Part shown: piece by piece, positions 7,928 through 16,501 of the stretch
How positions within the stretch are numbered: position 1 is the stretch's first letter
Layout: each line of letters begins with the position of its first letter
DNA from: a virus
Lineage: Duplodnaviria > Caudoviricetes
DNA length: 36,841 nucleotides
Virus record (IMG/VR): IMGVR_UViG_3300037424_000507
Span: 1 to 36,841 of that record
Reading direction: 5' to 3' (one strand)
Notes under the pieces: generated by a model
What the model was told of the DNA's origin: nothing
Databases searched by the model: none
Seen by the model: the letters and a program-made list of their open reading frames with translations, nothing else
Position numbers and translations under genes: made by a program

Positions 7928-8414
7928 TGCTGACCTCACCTACCACCCACTCCGGCATATCACCAGGTGTTCCCAATGCGATCGAGAAGATCGGCACGAG
8001 CTCCATCGCCGATATTGATGCTCCGATCTCCAGCGCCATCTGCAGCGCCGGTCCTGAGCTCGCCAGCGTCCAGCCGTTCTCCAGCATCCAGGCCCTGAAT
8101 TGATCCCAGGTGCGCAAATTGACTAAATTCCCGGTCACCTGGCTGAGCTTGTCGGTGGGTATGCCATCGGATGTAATAATGAAGCTGGCATTCTCCAGGA
8201 AGGGCCTGGAGTACACGATCAGATTGCCTTTCGTGAAGATCTCCGAGCCGCAGGCGCCGGCCTTGCAGCCATCGACGATCCACTCCGCCGTGGAGTGGAA
8301 GATATTGATCACCTGGCCGTCCAGGATCTCGGGACCGCCGCCGGCGCAGCCGGTGAGCAGCAGGGCCCAGATGACCAGAAGTTGAACGATTGGAGAGTAA
8401 AGTTTTGTGTTCAT
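7920..8414 (-). CDS. Lipoprotein
   Basis: Signal peptide with lipobox LTGC. Confidence 0.7.
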   Translation of the reverse strand: MNTKLYSPIVQLLVIWALLLTGCAGGGPEILDGQVINIFHSTAEWIVDGCKAGACGSEIFTKGNLIVYSRPFLENASFIITSDGIPTDKLSQVTGNLVNLRTWDQFRAWMLENGWTLASSGPALQMALEIGASISAMELVPIFSIALGTPGDMPEWVVGEVSNE

Positions 8415-8923
8415 GCTTTCACCAGTTTTGAAACTTTCACGGCTTTATCACCATCCATGATGACGTGAGCTGTATAACCTTTTAGATCGATCACTTTCGT
8501 CGGATCGAGCAGATCCACATCGAAGCCGGCTTCAGCCAGGACCTCGGGATAGATGGTCACCCCGAATTTCGAGTATTTGCCGCCCTTGACCTTAAAGGCT
8601 GTCTTTCCCTCGGATACATTCGTGATCAGCTTGTCAGCCTGGAAGGTAACCGCTCCTTCAGCTGCCGTTGTGCCGTTCGATTTCACGGCTTCAGTCTGTG
8701 CAGCTGGATGGCCTACCTGCTTCGGTGTAACGTGCATGCTCTCCAGGTGCTGTGCCAGCTTGGCAAAGCGTTTCAGAAGGTTGAACTCATCCACATCCCG
8801 CAGCGTGATCTGCAGGTTCCAGCCCTTCTCCGTAATGGCGAAGAAGTTCAAGGATGCCGGCGCTTCGGACATAGTGGCTGATGTTAAGGGTTCTAATTTT
8901 TCTGTTTTAATAGTGTCGTTCAT
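8411..8923 (-). CDS. Hypothetical protein
   Basis: GGAGG RBS; ATGA coupling to the next gene. Confidence 0.65.
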   Translation of the reverse strand: MNDTIKTEKLEPLTSATMSEAPASLNFFAITEKGWNLQITLRDVDEFNLLKRFAKLAQHLESMHVTPKQVGHPAAQTEAVKSNGTTAAEGAVTFQADKLITNVSEGKTAFKVKGGKYSKFGVTIYPEVLAEAGFDVDLLDPTKVIDLKGYTAHVIMDGDKAVKVSKLVKA

Positions 8924-9010
8924 TTGCGTTCCTCCGAGTTTTCATATATAATGGAGGCGCCATTTCAACATGACACCTCAAGATCCACGGTGCCCGCCGT
9001 GGGTTTTGAT

Positions 9011-9406
9011 TTAAGCAGCTACCTTTTTTTCCCACATCTCGGCCAGGCGGGTCAAACTACTGGGTACATCTCCGGACTCGTTTTCATCCATCCATTTGAT
9101 AACCTTTTCCTGAGCCTCCAGGCAGCGCCTCTCCGCCTCATGGAGAGCCTCGTGCTCGAGCTTCGGACCATTGGCTTCCGGCGTCCACCAGACCAGGTAA
9201 TGCTTGTAATAGGAACATTCGTGCGCCTGGCACTCATCGGGCTTAGCGGCTACATCTGATCGTACATAAGTCACGCCGTTGATTTCTAGGCTCTCAGGCA
9301 TATTCTGGGCTAGCCATTCCCGTTCCGCTCTGGCTGCGCCTTCCTGTTCTGCCAGGGCATCAATTTCTGGCGTTCGATCTGCTTGTGTCCAGGGATAATC
9401 AGTCAT
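9011..9406 (-). CDS. Hypothetical protein
   Basis: AAGGAGA RBS; 131 aa. Confidence 0.6.
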   Translation of the reverse strand: MTDYPWTQADRTPEIDALAEQEGAARAEREWLAQNMPESLEINGVTYVRSDVAAKPDECQAHECSYYKHYLVWWTPEANGPKLEHEALHEAERRCLEAQEKVIKWMDENESGDVPSSLTRLAEMWEKKVAA

Positions 9407-9439
9407 TATTTATCTCCTTTCATTGCTTATTATCGTTAT

Positions 9440-9703
9440 CGCAACCTGCCAGCCCCCGCTGTGCCTCTATAAGGTCTTGGCGGGTAGTTTTTAGCCCCGA
9501 AGGGTTAACCATTGATTATTGATGGGCTGGCAGATCGCATTATTCCCTTCGCCCGGGCCGTGGGGACCAACCAATAAATTCGGCCCGGGCATCAATAGGA
9601 GTCTGGAAACTATCCGCCCTTAGCACAGGGCTTGGATCGTCTCCAGCCTTCCCCCGACCAGCTTGGGGGGGGCAAGCTGATAAGGGGAGAGCTGGGGATG
9701 ATC
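9440..9703 (-). ncRNA. Highly structured intergenic RNA element, function unknown
   Basis: Four consecutive stem-loops including a multibranch domain with a cUUCGg tetraloop on the minus strand. Confidence 0.5.
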
Positions 9704-10052
9704 AACTTTCCCATTCCTCATTAAGTGACTTGATAAAGTCCTGTACTGCCTCTTTGATGATCTGGTCCCTACGTCCCGGGCAGTCCTGGTAGCTATACGG
9801 TCCCTCGGATGTCTGTCCTAAAATACGCAGCACCTGCTTGACCATCGCCAGGTTGCGCTGCTTTTCCATCTCACCCAGGAGCACCTGGTGCACCAGTAGC
9901 GCCTGCGCATCGCCGATGCCGTCTAAAGTGTTGTGGGTATGGCGCTTGGCGCCTCGAGCCTCGATATCTTGCAGCCGCCGGTGAAAGCTCAGCACCAGGA
10001 AAACGATATAGGCAACACCAAGACCGGCTAGAAAAGCAGCCAGATTATCCAT
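9702..10052 (-). CDS. Membrane-anchored hypothetical protein
   Basis: N-terminal TM helix. Confidence 0.6.
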   Translation of the reverse strand: MDNLAAFLAGLGVAYIVFLVLSFHRRLQDIEARGAKRHTHNTLDGIGDAQALLVHQVLLGEMEKQRNLAMVKQVLRILGQTSEGPYSYQDCPGRRDQIIKEAVQDFIKSLNEEWES

Positions 10053-10137
10053 AATGGATCATCAACAAAAGAGCAATGATGGATAAGACGATGATGGCTA
10101 TTGCCAAAAAAAACCCGATAATTTCTGATTTCTTCAT
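10045..10137 (-). CDS. 30-aa single-TM peptide
   Basis: Manual translation MKKSEIIGFFLAIAIIVLSIIALLLMIHYG; overlaps the next start. Confidence 0.45.
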   Translation of the reverse strand: MKKSEIIGFFLAIAIIVLSIIALLLMIHYG

Positions 10138-10166
10138 CGAAAAAACCCCAATTTTCAGAATAAGTG

Positions 10167-10724
10167 CTACCCTGTTAAGTGTGAGAAATACCGCTCTTTA
10201 ACATCTTCTATATGTTCCTGCCAGCGATCGCTGGCAGCCTGGTCTGTGTGGCGCCAGATATTCCCGCACTCACAGCGGTACAGGTATCCGTGCATATCCA
10301 TGATGGCAGGCGCCACATTGGCTGCGCACTCGGGACAAAGTCTGATGTGCTTATGCTGTTCGTATGGATGGATCGAGACCTGCCCTGCAGCTGCAACGAT
10401 CGCCATCTCAACCGGGCTGGGGGTATTGCCGATGCCGGCGCTCTCGATGAGGGTCAGCACCCGGTCGAAGGCAAAGCTGAACTGCTGCGGTGACCAGCTG
10501 TCCATCTCCTCGGGCAAGTAGTCCTGAAATTCCAGGAACGCATCATCGCCGATGCGGTGGCGGATGACCAACGCCGTGTGATGCGCTCTCTGATCCCAGA
10601 GAGGATGAAACGCATTAAGCTCGAGCTTCTGCTGGTCGGTAAGATTGTTCCCTTTGAGGTCGCGCTTGTTGTTCAGGGAAAGATAGGTTTGCCAAGAATG
10701 TTTGTATTCCGCCCGTAATGCCAT
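10167..10724 (-). CDS. Hypothetical Zn-finger protein
   Basis: CPEC...CECG; AAGGA RBS. Confidence 0.6.
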   Translation of the reverse strand: MALRAEYKHSWQTYLSLNNKRDLKGNNLTDQQKLELNAFHPLWDQRAHHTALVIRHRIGDDAFLEFQDYLPEEMDSWSPQQFSFAFDRVLTLIESAGIGNTPSPVEMAIVAAAGQVSIHPYEQHKHIRLCPECAANVAPAIMDMHGYLYRCECGNIWRHTDQAASDRWQEHIEDVKERYFSHLTG

Positions 10725-10825
10725 TGGTCTTCATCCTTTCGAAATGGTACTCAATAATCATGTCCAGGGCTGCGTAGTACGCCGGCATATCTTCCGGCTG
10801 CAGCGGTGTGACGTGCTCAATCAAG

Positions 10826-11035
10826 TTAGTACATGCGATATTCATCTGACCTTGCCTTGTTCATCGCACAGCCGGCCAGGACGATCCCGACCGTGTAAGA
10901 GAAGCAGCCGAAGAACACACCTATGAAGATGCCAGATCCTCGATCGACGATCGTCACGATCGCTCCAAACAGAAGACCGGTCAAGATGCCAAGTATGGCA
11001 AAAAATAGATGATAGGATAATGAGATGAAGTTCAT
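10826..11035 (-). CDS. Small 2-TM membrane protein
   Basis: Two hydrophobic helices; ATGA coupling. Confidence 0.55.
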   Translation of the reverse strand: MNFISLSYHLFFAILGILTGLLFGAIVTIVDRGSGIFIGVFFGCFSYTVGIVLAGCAMNKARSDEYRMY

Positions 11036-11139
11036 CGCCGCCCTCTCTTTTTGATGGGTTCTTTTAGGAATTTGTAGCTGTTGTGGTCGAAGACCACGAT
11101 TGCAGCACTGACTATTAGAAAAAGGATGATCCAGATCAT
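11032..11139 (-). CDS. 35-aa single-TM peptide with basic tail
   Basis: MIWIILFLIVSAAIVVFDHNSYKFLKEPIKKRGRR; GGAGG RBS. Confidence 0.5.
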   Translation of the reverse strand: MIWIILFLIVSAAIVVFDHNSYKFLKEPIKKRGRR

Positions 11140-11154
11140 GATTGCCCTCCAGAG

Positions 11155-11186
11155 AAACCAACGGGGCAGGACTTATTGCCTGCCCC
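11155..11186 (-). terminator. Hairpin after the cro-like gene (tR1-like)
   Basis: GGGGCAGG-8 nt-CCTGCCCC followed by GTTGGTTT. Confidence 0.55.
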
Positions 11187-11202
11187 TCACTATGTGCCGC
11201 TG

Positions 11203-11421
11203 CTATCCGGTTTCGGAAACGTTCTCGACTTCACGCTCAGCTTCGAGTGCTTCGCGCCCCTGCTCGGTGATGCGGTAACGATCTGTAAACCATTCATCAA
11301 TAATCTGACGAAGAGTTAGAGAAATATTGAATAGTTTGCGCTCGTGACTGACTTTTTTGATAAGCTCGTTTTGCTTACGGGTGATGCTAAAACCCCTGGT
11401 AATTATTTCATGATCTTCCAT
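11203..11421 (-). CDS. Small DNA-binding protein at the Cro position (RHH-like)
   Basis: Divergent from the repressor; strand-helix-helix pattern FSIT...NISLTLRQIIDEW. Confidence 0.55.
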   Translation of the reverse strand: MEDHEIITRGFSITRKQNELIKKVSHERKLFNISLTLRQIIDEWFTDRYRITEQGREALEAEREVENVSETG

Positions 11422-11460
11422 AGTTCACCTCAAGAATACAATTCGCTTTCATGTGAATAT

Positions 11461-11488
11461 ATTATACATAGATTGCAAAGTTTGTCAA
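11461..11488 (-). promoter_or_regulatory. Consensus early lytic promoter
   Basis: TTGACA (11488-11483), 16 bp, TATAAT (11466-11461). Confidence 0.8.
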
Positions 11489-11547
11489 TACCCGAAAACT
11501 ATTCCGCTTCCTATGAATGCGAGATTAATGACAAAATGTATTCAGAA

Positions 11548-11997
11548 ATGAATGGAAGTTTTAGTGATTGGTTAAATAAACAATTAATAGATAGGGAATT
11601 GTCTCAAGCAGCATTGGCAAGATTATCCGGCTTGAGTAGAGGAACTATCAGTAATCTAATAAATAATGTAAGAAATCCGGGGCCTGATGTTTTAGAAGCA
11701 ATTTCAATCGGTCTTAAATTGCCAAAGGAGAGTGTATATAGAGCGGCCGGCCTTTTAGATGCAAGGCCATCTGGCAATGGACGCTTTGAAGAACTTAAAT
11801 ACTTATATGCGCAATTACCTGACCGAGATCAAGCAGAGATAATCGATTTCATCCGCCTCAAGCTGGAACGCCACGAGCAGCTCATCGCAGAGCTTAAAAA
11901 GAAATATAACCCGTTTCCACCGGTGGATAGCGACCAGGCCTGGGAGGTAATGAAAGACTATCTGAGATTGTTAGGAGTGAAAGTTACAGAACGCTGA
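11548..11997 (+). CDS. XRE/CI-type HTH repressor
   Basis: LSQAALARLSGLSRGTISNL HTH; start 11536 or 11548; no S24 domain. Confidence 0.88.
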   Translation: MNGSFSDWLNKQLIDRELSQAALARLSGLSRGTISNLINNVRNPGPDVLEAISIGLKLPKESVYRAAGLLDARPSGNGRFEELKYLYAQLPDRDQAEIIDFIRLKLERHEQLIAELKKKYNPFPPVDSDQAWEVMKDYLRLLGVKVTER

Positions 11998-12167
11998 GGC
12001 AACCTACAATCCAATTCTTTCCCATTCCTGCCCCGGATTGTAAAACTGTTATCCGTTATTACCAGTAATTGGATTTCCTTACCAATTGGTATAGTATCTC
12101 CCACTTGGTATTTTCCTTCGATGATGGCTGCGATGATGGAACCTAAACTAAATAAACACTTCTCCAT
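11958..12167 (-). CDS. Small hypothetical protein convergent on the repressor
   Basis: GGAGG RBS before ATG (start approximate); 40-bp tail-to-tail overlap. Confidence 0.45.
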   Translation of the reverse strand: MEKCLFSLGSIIAAIIEGKYQVGDTIPIGKEIQLLVITDNSFTIRGRNGKELDCRLPQRSVTFTPNNLR

Positions 12168-12341
12168 CAACCCTCCACCCCCCAAAGAATCGGACTGTAT
12201 TTGTCAAAAAAAAAAACGCTGAGACCTTTGAATTGTTACTGAGGTCATAACAACTTTATCTTAGCACAAGAGTTCCATAAAGATCAATCCCCTTAAAGTA
12301 GGAAATATGGGTGAAAAGTAGGTTAATCCAACAGGTGACCC

Positions 12342-13865
12342 ATAAATAAAACCACCCCCTTCGAAGCCGGTGCACGTGCGATTGGATATTTAAGGGATAG
12401 TGGAGGAGAAGCCCAAGAGTTATCCGTCCTGCAGCAAGAAGCCTCCCTGCGCGCATGGTGCAGAGAAAACGGCCTGCAGCTCGTGCGCATCTTCGCCGAC
12501 GCCGCCAGGCCGGGCAACACCACAACCGGCAGGGATAGTTTTCTCGATATGGTCGAAGCGCTGGTCAAGAATAAGCTCGACGTTTCCGGCGTGCTGCTGT
12601 GGTCTTATAGTCGTTTCGCCCGTTCCTTCGACGACACCGCCTACTACCTGGCCAGCATCCGCCGTGCCGGCTACATCGTCCATTCCATCACCGACGCCAT
12701 CCCTGACACACTGGATGGCAGGCTGTTCGAGAGCGTGCTGGCCTGGAAGGACGCCAGGCAGCGCGTAGATCTCAGCCGGGATATCAAGCGTGGAAAAGCA
12801 TACATGGTCACCGTACACCATGCCTGGCCAGGCGGGCGGCCACCCACCGGATACCAGCTCGAGCAGGCCGAGGTAGGGCTGCGCCGTGACGGCAAGCCTC
12901 ACCGCATCAGCCGCCTGGTGCCAGGTCCCTATGCTGAGAAAATCGCCGGCGCCTTCGAGATGCGCGCCGCTGGCGCATCTGTATTCGATATCTACGAGCA
13001 CTATCCCACCCTGACCGGCTCGGTGGCATCCCTGAGCCGCATCATCAACAATCCTATCTATTCCGGTGATCTCCGCTACGCCGGGCAGCTCATCACGAAT
13101 TATTGCACTCCGATCGTCGATCGAGAAATATGGATTGCAGCCCAGCGCGTCAATAAGGCCCGCCGCGAGCGGCATGGCACCCACCACCCGCGCACGGTGA
13201 ATTCCCGCTTCATCCTGACCGGGCTGCTCGTTTGTGCCAGATGCGGAGCTCACATGGTCGGGGCCGTCATGCGCCGGAAGCCTTATAAGGAATATACCTA
13301 CTACCGCTGTGGCAGCTATTACAATAACCCGGGCACCTGTGGAGCTCCGGCCATCCGAAAGGACACGCTCGAGCGCCTGGTGCTGGATAAGCTCAGGGAG
13401 AAGATCCTTATGCCCCAGGTGCTGGCTGACCTTCAGGCGCGTGCCCTCGAGCACTCGGACGACGGCAACCTCGAGCGCCGGCAGGCTGAGCTGCAACTCG
13501 AGCTGAAGGACTTACAAAGTCGCATCACCCGTATCATCGCAGCCATCGAGCAGGCAGGTCACAGTGCCGCACTGCTGAAAAATCTTGCAGATCTGGAAGA
13601 AAAGCACCAGGAAATCCAGCAGAGAGCGCTACAGTGCGAGCTCGAGCTCTCTCAGCGTGCCAATCTGGACCTGGAGACGCTGGATGTGGGAGAGCTGGCA
13701 GCATCTGCCCGCGAGCTGCTGAACTCAGGAGATATCGCCAGGCAGCGTACTGTCGTGCGGGGCTTTGTGCGAGAGATAAAAGTTATGCTTGAAAACGAGG
13801 TAGTGAAAGGGGAATTGTGGTATTATTTACCTGGGGAGGATACCGGCGATTACATACCTTTATGA
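12342..13865 (+). CDS. Large serine recombinase (integrase); true start upstream of the ORF-track call
   Basis: In-frame GYLRDS catalytic motif at 12384-12401, SRFAR, recombinase domain, CxxC...C...C Zn ribbon, coiled coil; frame open from 12339. Confidence 0.88.
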   Translation: MNKTTPFEAGARAIGYLRDSGGEAQELSVLQQEASLRAWCRENGLQLVRIFADAARPGNTTTGRDSFLDMVEALVKNKLDVSGVLLWSYSRFARSFDDTAYYLASIRRAGYIVHSITDAIPDTLDGRLFESVLAWKDARQRVDLSRDIKRGKAYMVTVHHAWPGGRPPTGYQLEQAEVGLRRDGKPHRISRLVPGPYAEKIAGAFEMRAAGASVFDIYEHYPTLTGSVASLSRIINNPIYSGDLRYAGQLITNYCTPIVDREIWIAAQRVNKARRERHGTHHPRTVNSRFILTGLLVCARCGAHMVGAVMRRKPYKEYTYYRCGSYYNNPGTCGAPAIRKDTLERLVLDKLREKILMPQVLADLQARALEHSDDGNLERRQAELQLELKDLQSRITRIIAAIEQAGHSAALLKNLADLEEKHQEIQQRALQCELELSQRANLDLETLDVGELAASARELLNSGDIARQRTVVRGFVREIKVMLENEVVKGELWYYLPGEDTGDYIPL

Positions 13866-13969
13866 GCCTTCTCTAAAGTGATTGTGAGTAAAAACATGTG
13901 ACGCCTTCCCTGATCGATAACCGCGATTATAGCACCGAATTTATCAAAAGAAATAGAAAGGTCATTCCC

Positions 13970-14176
13970 ATGAAATCAAGATTTATCCTTCTAGTAGTTG
14001 CCCTGAGCCTGTTTATTTTTGCAGCGATTATCCCTGTCTTAGCTACGACACAGGTTCAATCTGTACAGGCCGGCTCGATTGTATATTATTGCAAGGGAAA
14101 TTTACCTTGGGAATTGAATGATTTCAATGTGTGGGTCGAACAGGATTGCGTCTGGTTGCCAATTATTGGAAGATAA
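13970..14176 (+). CDS. Small secreted protein (moron-like)
   Basis: Signal peptide MKSRFILLVVAL...; C-terminal VWLPIIGR. Confidence 0.6.
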   Translation: MKSRFILLVVALSLFIFAAIIPVLATTQVQSVQAGSIVYYCKGNLPWELNDFNVWVEQDCVWLPIIGR

Positions 14177-14227
14177 TTCTATAGATCGGCAGAACCGGCC
14201 GATCCTTGCCGGTCGGCAGAATAGATA

Positions 14228-14443
14228 TCATCCTGGATGCTCAAAAGTCGCCCGGCGTAAGATGACAACCTCAGCTTCGAAGCCCATTCCCATAATTTTA
14301 TTGACAGCGGCTTCTGCGAGACTTATATCCATGAAACGACGTGCCATGTCCCATTCACTACCAAGAAGCGGCATCTCGTTTTCGAATTTGATGAAATAGC
14401 CATTTCCGCTGCGCACTATATATGACCTTATAATTTTTGACAT
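14228..14443 (-). CDS. Hypothetical protein
   Basis: GGAGG RBS. Confidence 0.55.
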   Translation of the reverse strand: MSKIIRSYIVRSGNGYFIKFENEMPLLGSEWDMARRFMDISLAEAAVNKIMGMGFEAEVVILRRATFEHPG

Positions 14444-14679
14444 CTTGAATGCCCTCCGTCAATGTCTCCTTTCCTCCCCATCTCGTTGAATATCTCATGC
14501 GTGATCTGTAGAAATTCCCTATCGTGCTCAACAAATGTGCAGAAACAGAAATTCATGCGCCCCGCCTTCGAGCGATATTCTCCCTCACCCCTACATCTCG
14601 GGCATTCACTATATGGCTCATACTTGAATTTCACTCTCGGATATTTCTTCCTAAGCTGTTCCAGTGTCTGCATCTCCAT
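14428..14679 (-). CDS. Hypothetical Zn-binding protein
   Basis: CPRCRGEG...CFC. Confidence 0.5.
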   Translation of the reverse strand: MEMQTLEQLRKKYPRVKFKYEPYSECPRCRGEGEYRSKAGRMNFCFCTFVEHDREFLQITHEIFNEMGRKGDIDGGHSRCQKL

Positions 14680-14680
14680 T

Positions 14681-14914
14681 TCACTCCTCTTGTATAATCA
14701 GCACCCTACCATCGGCAAGGCAAATAATCCCGTCCCCGTTGCCATGTCCACAGCATGAGGCCGTCATATCAATGCCGCCGGTTTGCAGCGCCTGAACAAT
14801 ATCAGTGATGCACGTGTCAATCTTTGCATCCTTCCAATACGCTTTACCAGTGTGAGACAACTTGGCAACGATTTTGACACGTACGACTTTATCAGTTCCC
14901 CATTTGCACATCAT
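14681..14914 (-). CDS. Hypothetical protein
   Basis: IDxCI..IVxAL...TxxSCCGHG pattern common in small phage proteins. Confidence 0.6.
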   Translation of the reverse strand: MMCKWGTDKVVRVKIVAKLSHTGKAYWKDAKIDTCITDIVQALQTGGIDMTASCCGHGNGDGIICLADGRVLIIQEE

Positions 14915-14923
14915 TTCACCTCA

Positions 14924-15343
14924 CTACGCCGCGTTATCGCTGCGGCTGAGTTGCTGCCAGCTGTTGCTGCCAAGATAAACCAGTAAGATCGAATCCGCTA
15001 TATTATCCAGGCTGAAATCACCGGATAAAAACAGAGTCGAATTATCTTTTACCACGACCGTATGGGTGCTGTCAGCTGCATTTATTATCAGAAGCCCACC
15101 AACCGGCATAGTACTTGTATTGATCTCGGCCAGGTCGTCAGTTCCTGCAGCTGATTCCGTATCTACTATAGCTAACTGGACCTTGTGTACGCCCGTAACC
15201 TGGATTTTACCGCTTGCTATCGTATAGGATTTAGTTCCTACGACCGCCTGCTGTTGCAGTCGTTCCAGGTGTTCCATTTTATCTTCAAGGGCTTTTAATC
15301 TGTTAAATAATGATACGGTCACCGGATCCCGCCCCGCGATCAT
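14924..15343 (-). CDS. Tail-associated protein (coiled coil + beta domain)
   Basis: Position after baseplate genes; ATGA coupling. Confidence 0.6.
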   Translation of the reverse strand: MIAGRDPVTVSLFNRLKALEDKMEHLERLQQQAVVGTKSYTIASGKIQVTGVHKVQLAIVDTESAAGTDDLAEINTSTMPVGGLLIINAADSTHTVVVKDNSTLFLSGDFSLDNIADSILLVYLGSNSWQQLSRSDNAA

Positions 15344-16476
15344 GCTACCCCCACTTCGATCCCTACAGATTGTTTTCCGGCTGGATCCAGCGACTGCGAA
15401 ACTGCTACAACTTTCTGGGTATAAACAGATCCAGTAAGCGGATTTTCCACGCTGACCAGATCCCCCAGGAAATAATCCACGCCATAAAGCGTAGCAGGTG
15501 CCTGCAGCGCATCAAATCGAAAAGTCCTGGCCGCCTCGACCTCGCTCAGTTTCTGATCGCCGCGATCATTCAGGCCGGTGGAATTTCCTAATTCCACATC
15601 TCTAGCATCCACAAACATTTCAATATCGTTCGTGGTTGTGTAATTTAATCCGGTCCTGGTCACGTAATCCCGAGCTGATCCTTCTCCCTGTCCCCACACG
15701 CAAGCTACCGTTTTTTCGTCCAGCCTGCTTTCATTATATTCTGGCAATCCCATATTACCCAGGCCAAGCGAAAACTTTACTGTCGCTGATCTGTCCGTTC
15801 CCAGCTGGCCATCGTACCAACGAAACTGGTAAGCGGTCGGGCTGGTCTTTACCAGGTCAAAATCACCACCTGCGATTGGTGCAAGTTTCTGCAGGCTGGC
15901 CAGCAGATTATCGCCAAAACAATACCAATCTCGAATATCGCCGTTCGCACCATCAGCCTCGACCGTGATTTGTGTAGCAGGCCAATTTGTTCCGGACCGC
16001 TTGCGCCCGTTCCCAGTCGTGGCCGAGCTGGTAATATTATAGGTCACCAGCGTTTTCATTATTGTTTCAGCCACAACGCCATCAAAGGCGGTTCGGTTCG
16101 CCAGATCTGCATACCAGTTAATCGTTCGATATCCGAGTAAACTCAGGATCCCAGGACAGTATAAGACGATATTAGATTTCTCTCCGTACTCCCATTGACC
16201 GGCGCGAAAAATGGCTGCCATCTCTCTGGACCAGGATCCAGCGAAAGGCTTGCGCCATAATTCAAACTGCCATTTGTCAGCCAGGCTGGAAAGTAACCAA
16301 TGATCGCCCCTTAATGAGAACGTCAGCAAGCCAGGCGCATTAACACGATTTATACAAGCCAGCTGCAGAAATCCGGACTTTTTCGCAGATCCACCTGCAG
16401 CGGTTCCTGTCATTGAACCCTGCAGCACTCCGGAGTTATTGAACACATCCAGGCGATAATCAGCCAGATCTGGCAT
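15340..16476 (-). CDS. Siphovirus minor tail/hub protein (ReqiPepy6 Gp37-like)
   Basis: GQGEGSAR, EMFVDARD, YGVDYFLGDLV. Confidence 0.8.
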   Translation of the reverse strand: MPDLADYRLDVFNNSGVLQGSMTGTAAGGSAKKSGFLQLACINRVNAPGLLTFSLRGDHWLLSSLADKWQFELWRKPFAGSWSREMAAIFRAGQWEYGEKSNIVLYCPGILSLLGYRTINWYADLANRTAFDGVVAETIMKTLVTYNITSSATTGNGRKRSGTNWPATQITVEADGANGDIRDWYCFGDNLLASLQKLAPIAGGDFDLVKTSPTAYQFRWYDGQLGTDRSATVKFSLGLGNMGLPEYNESRLDEKTVACVWGQGEGSARDYVTRTGLNYTTTNDIEMFVDARDVELGNSTGLNDRGDQKLSEVEAARTFRFDALQAPATLYGVDYFLGDLVSVENPLTGSVYTQKVVAVSQSLDPAGKQSVGIEVGVA

Positions 16477-16501
16477 GTCTCACAACCCTTTCGCCACTCC
16501 G

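Noticed and set aside
9440-9540. Hammerhead ribozyme or tRNA
   Set aside because: No CUGANGA/GAAA core and no cloverleaf or T-loop.
10615-10845. 76-aa ORF overlapping 10167-10724
   Set aside because: Its 5' half may be real, but the 110-bp same-strand overlap leaves it unresolved.
11344-11547. Long N-terminal extension of the repressor
   Set aside because: It would overlap the divergent gene and promoter; the HTH begins after 11548.
12420-13496. 358-aa minus-strand ORF
   Set aside because: Antisense shadow of the GC-rich integrase with no recognisable motifs.
13866-13969. attP downstream of the integrase
   Set aside because: Only weak inverted symmetry (gataa...ttatc); cannot be called without an integrated copy.
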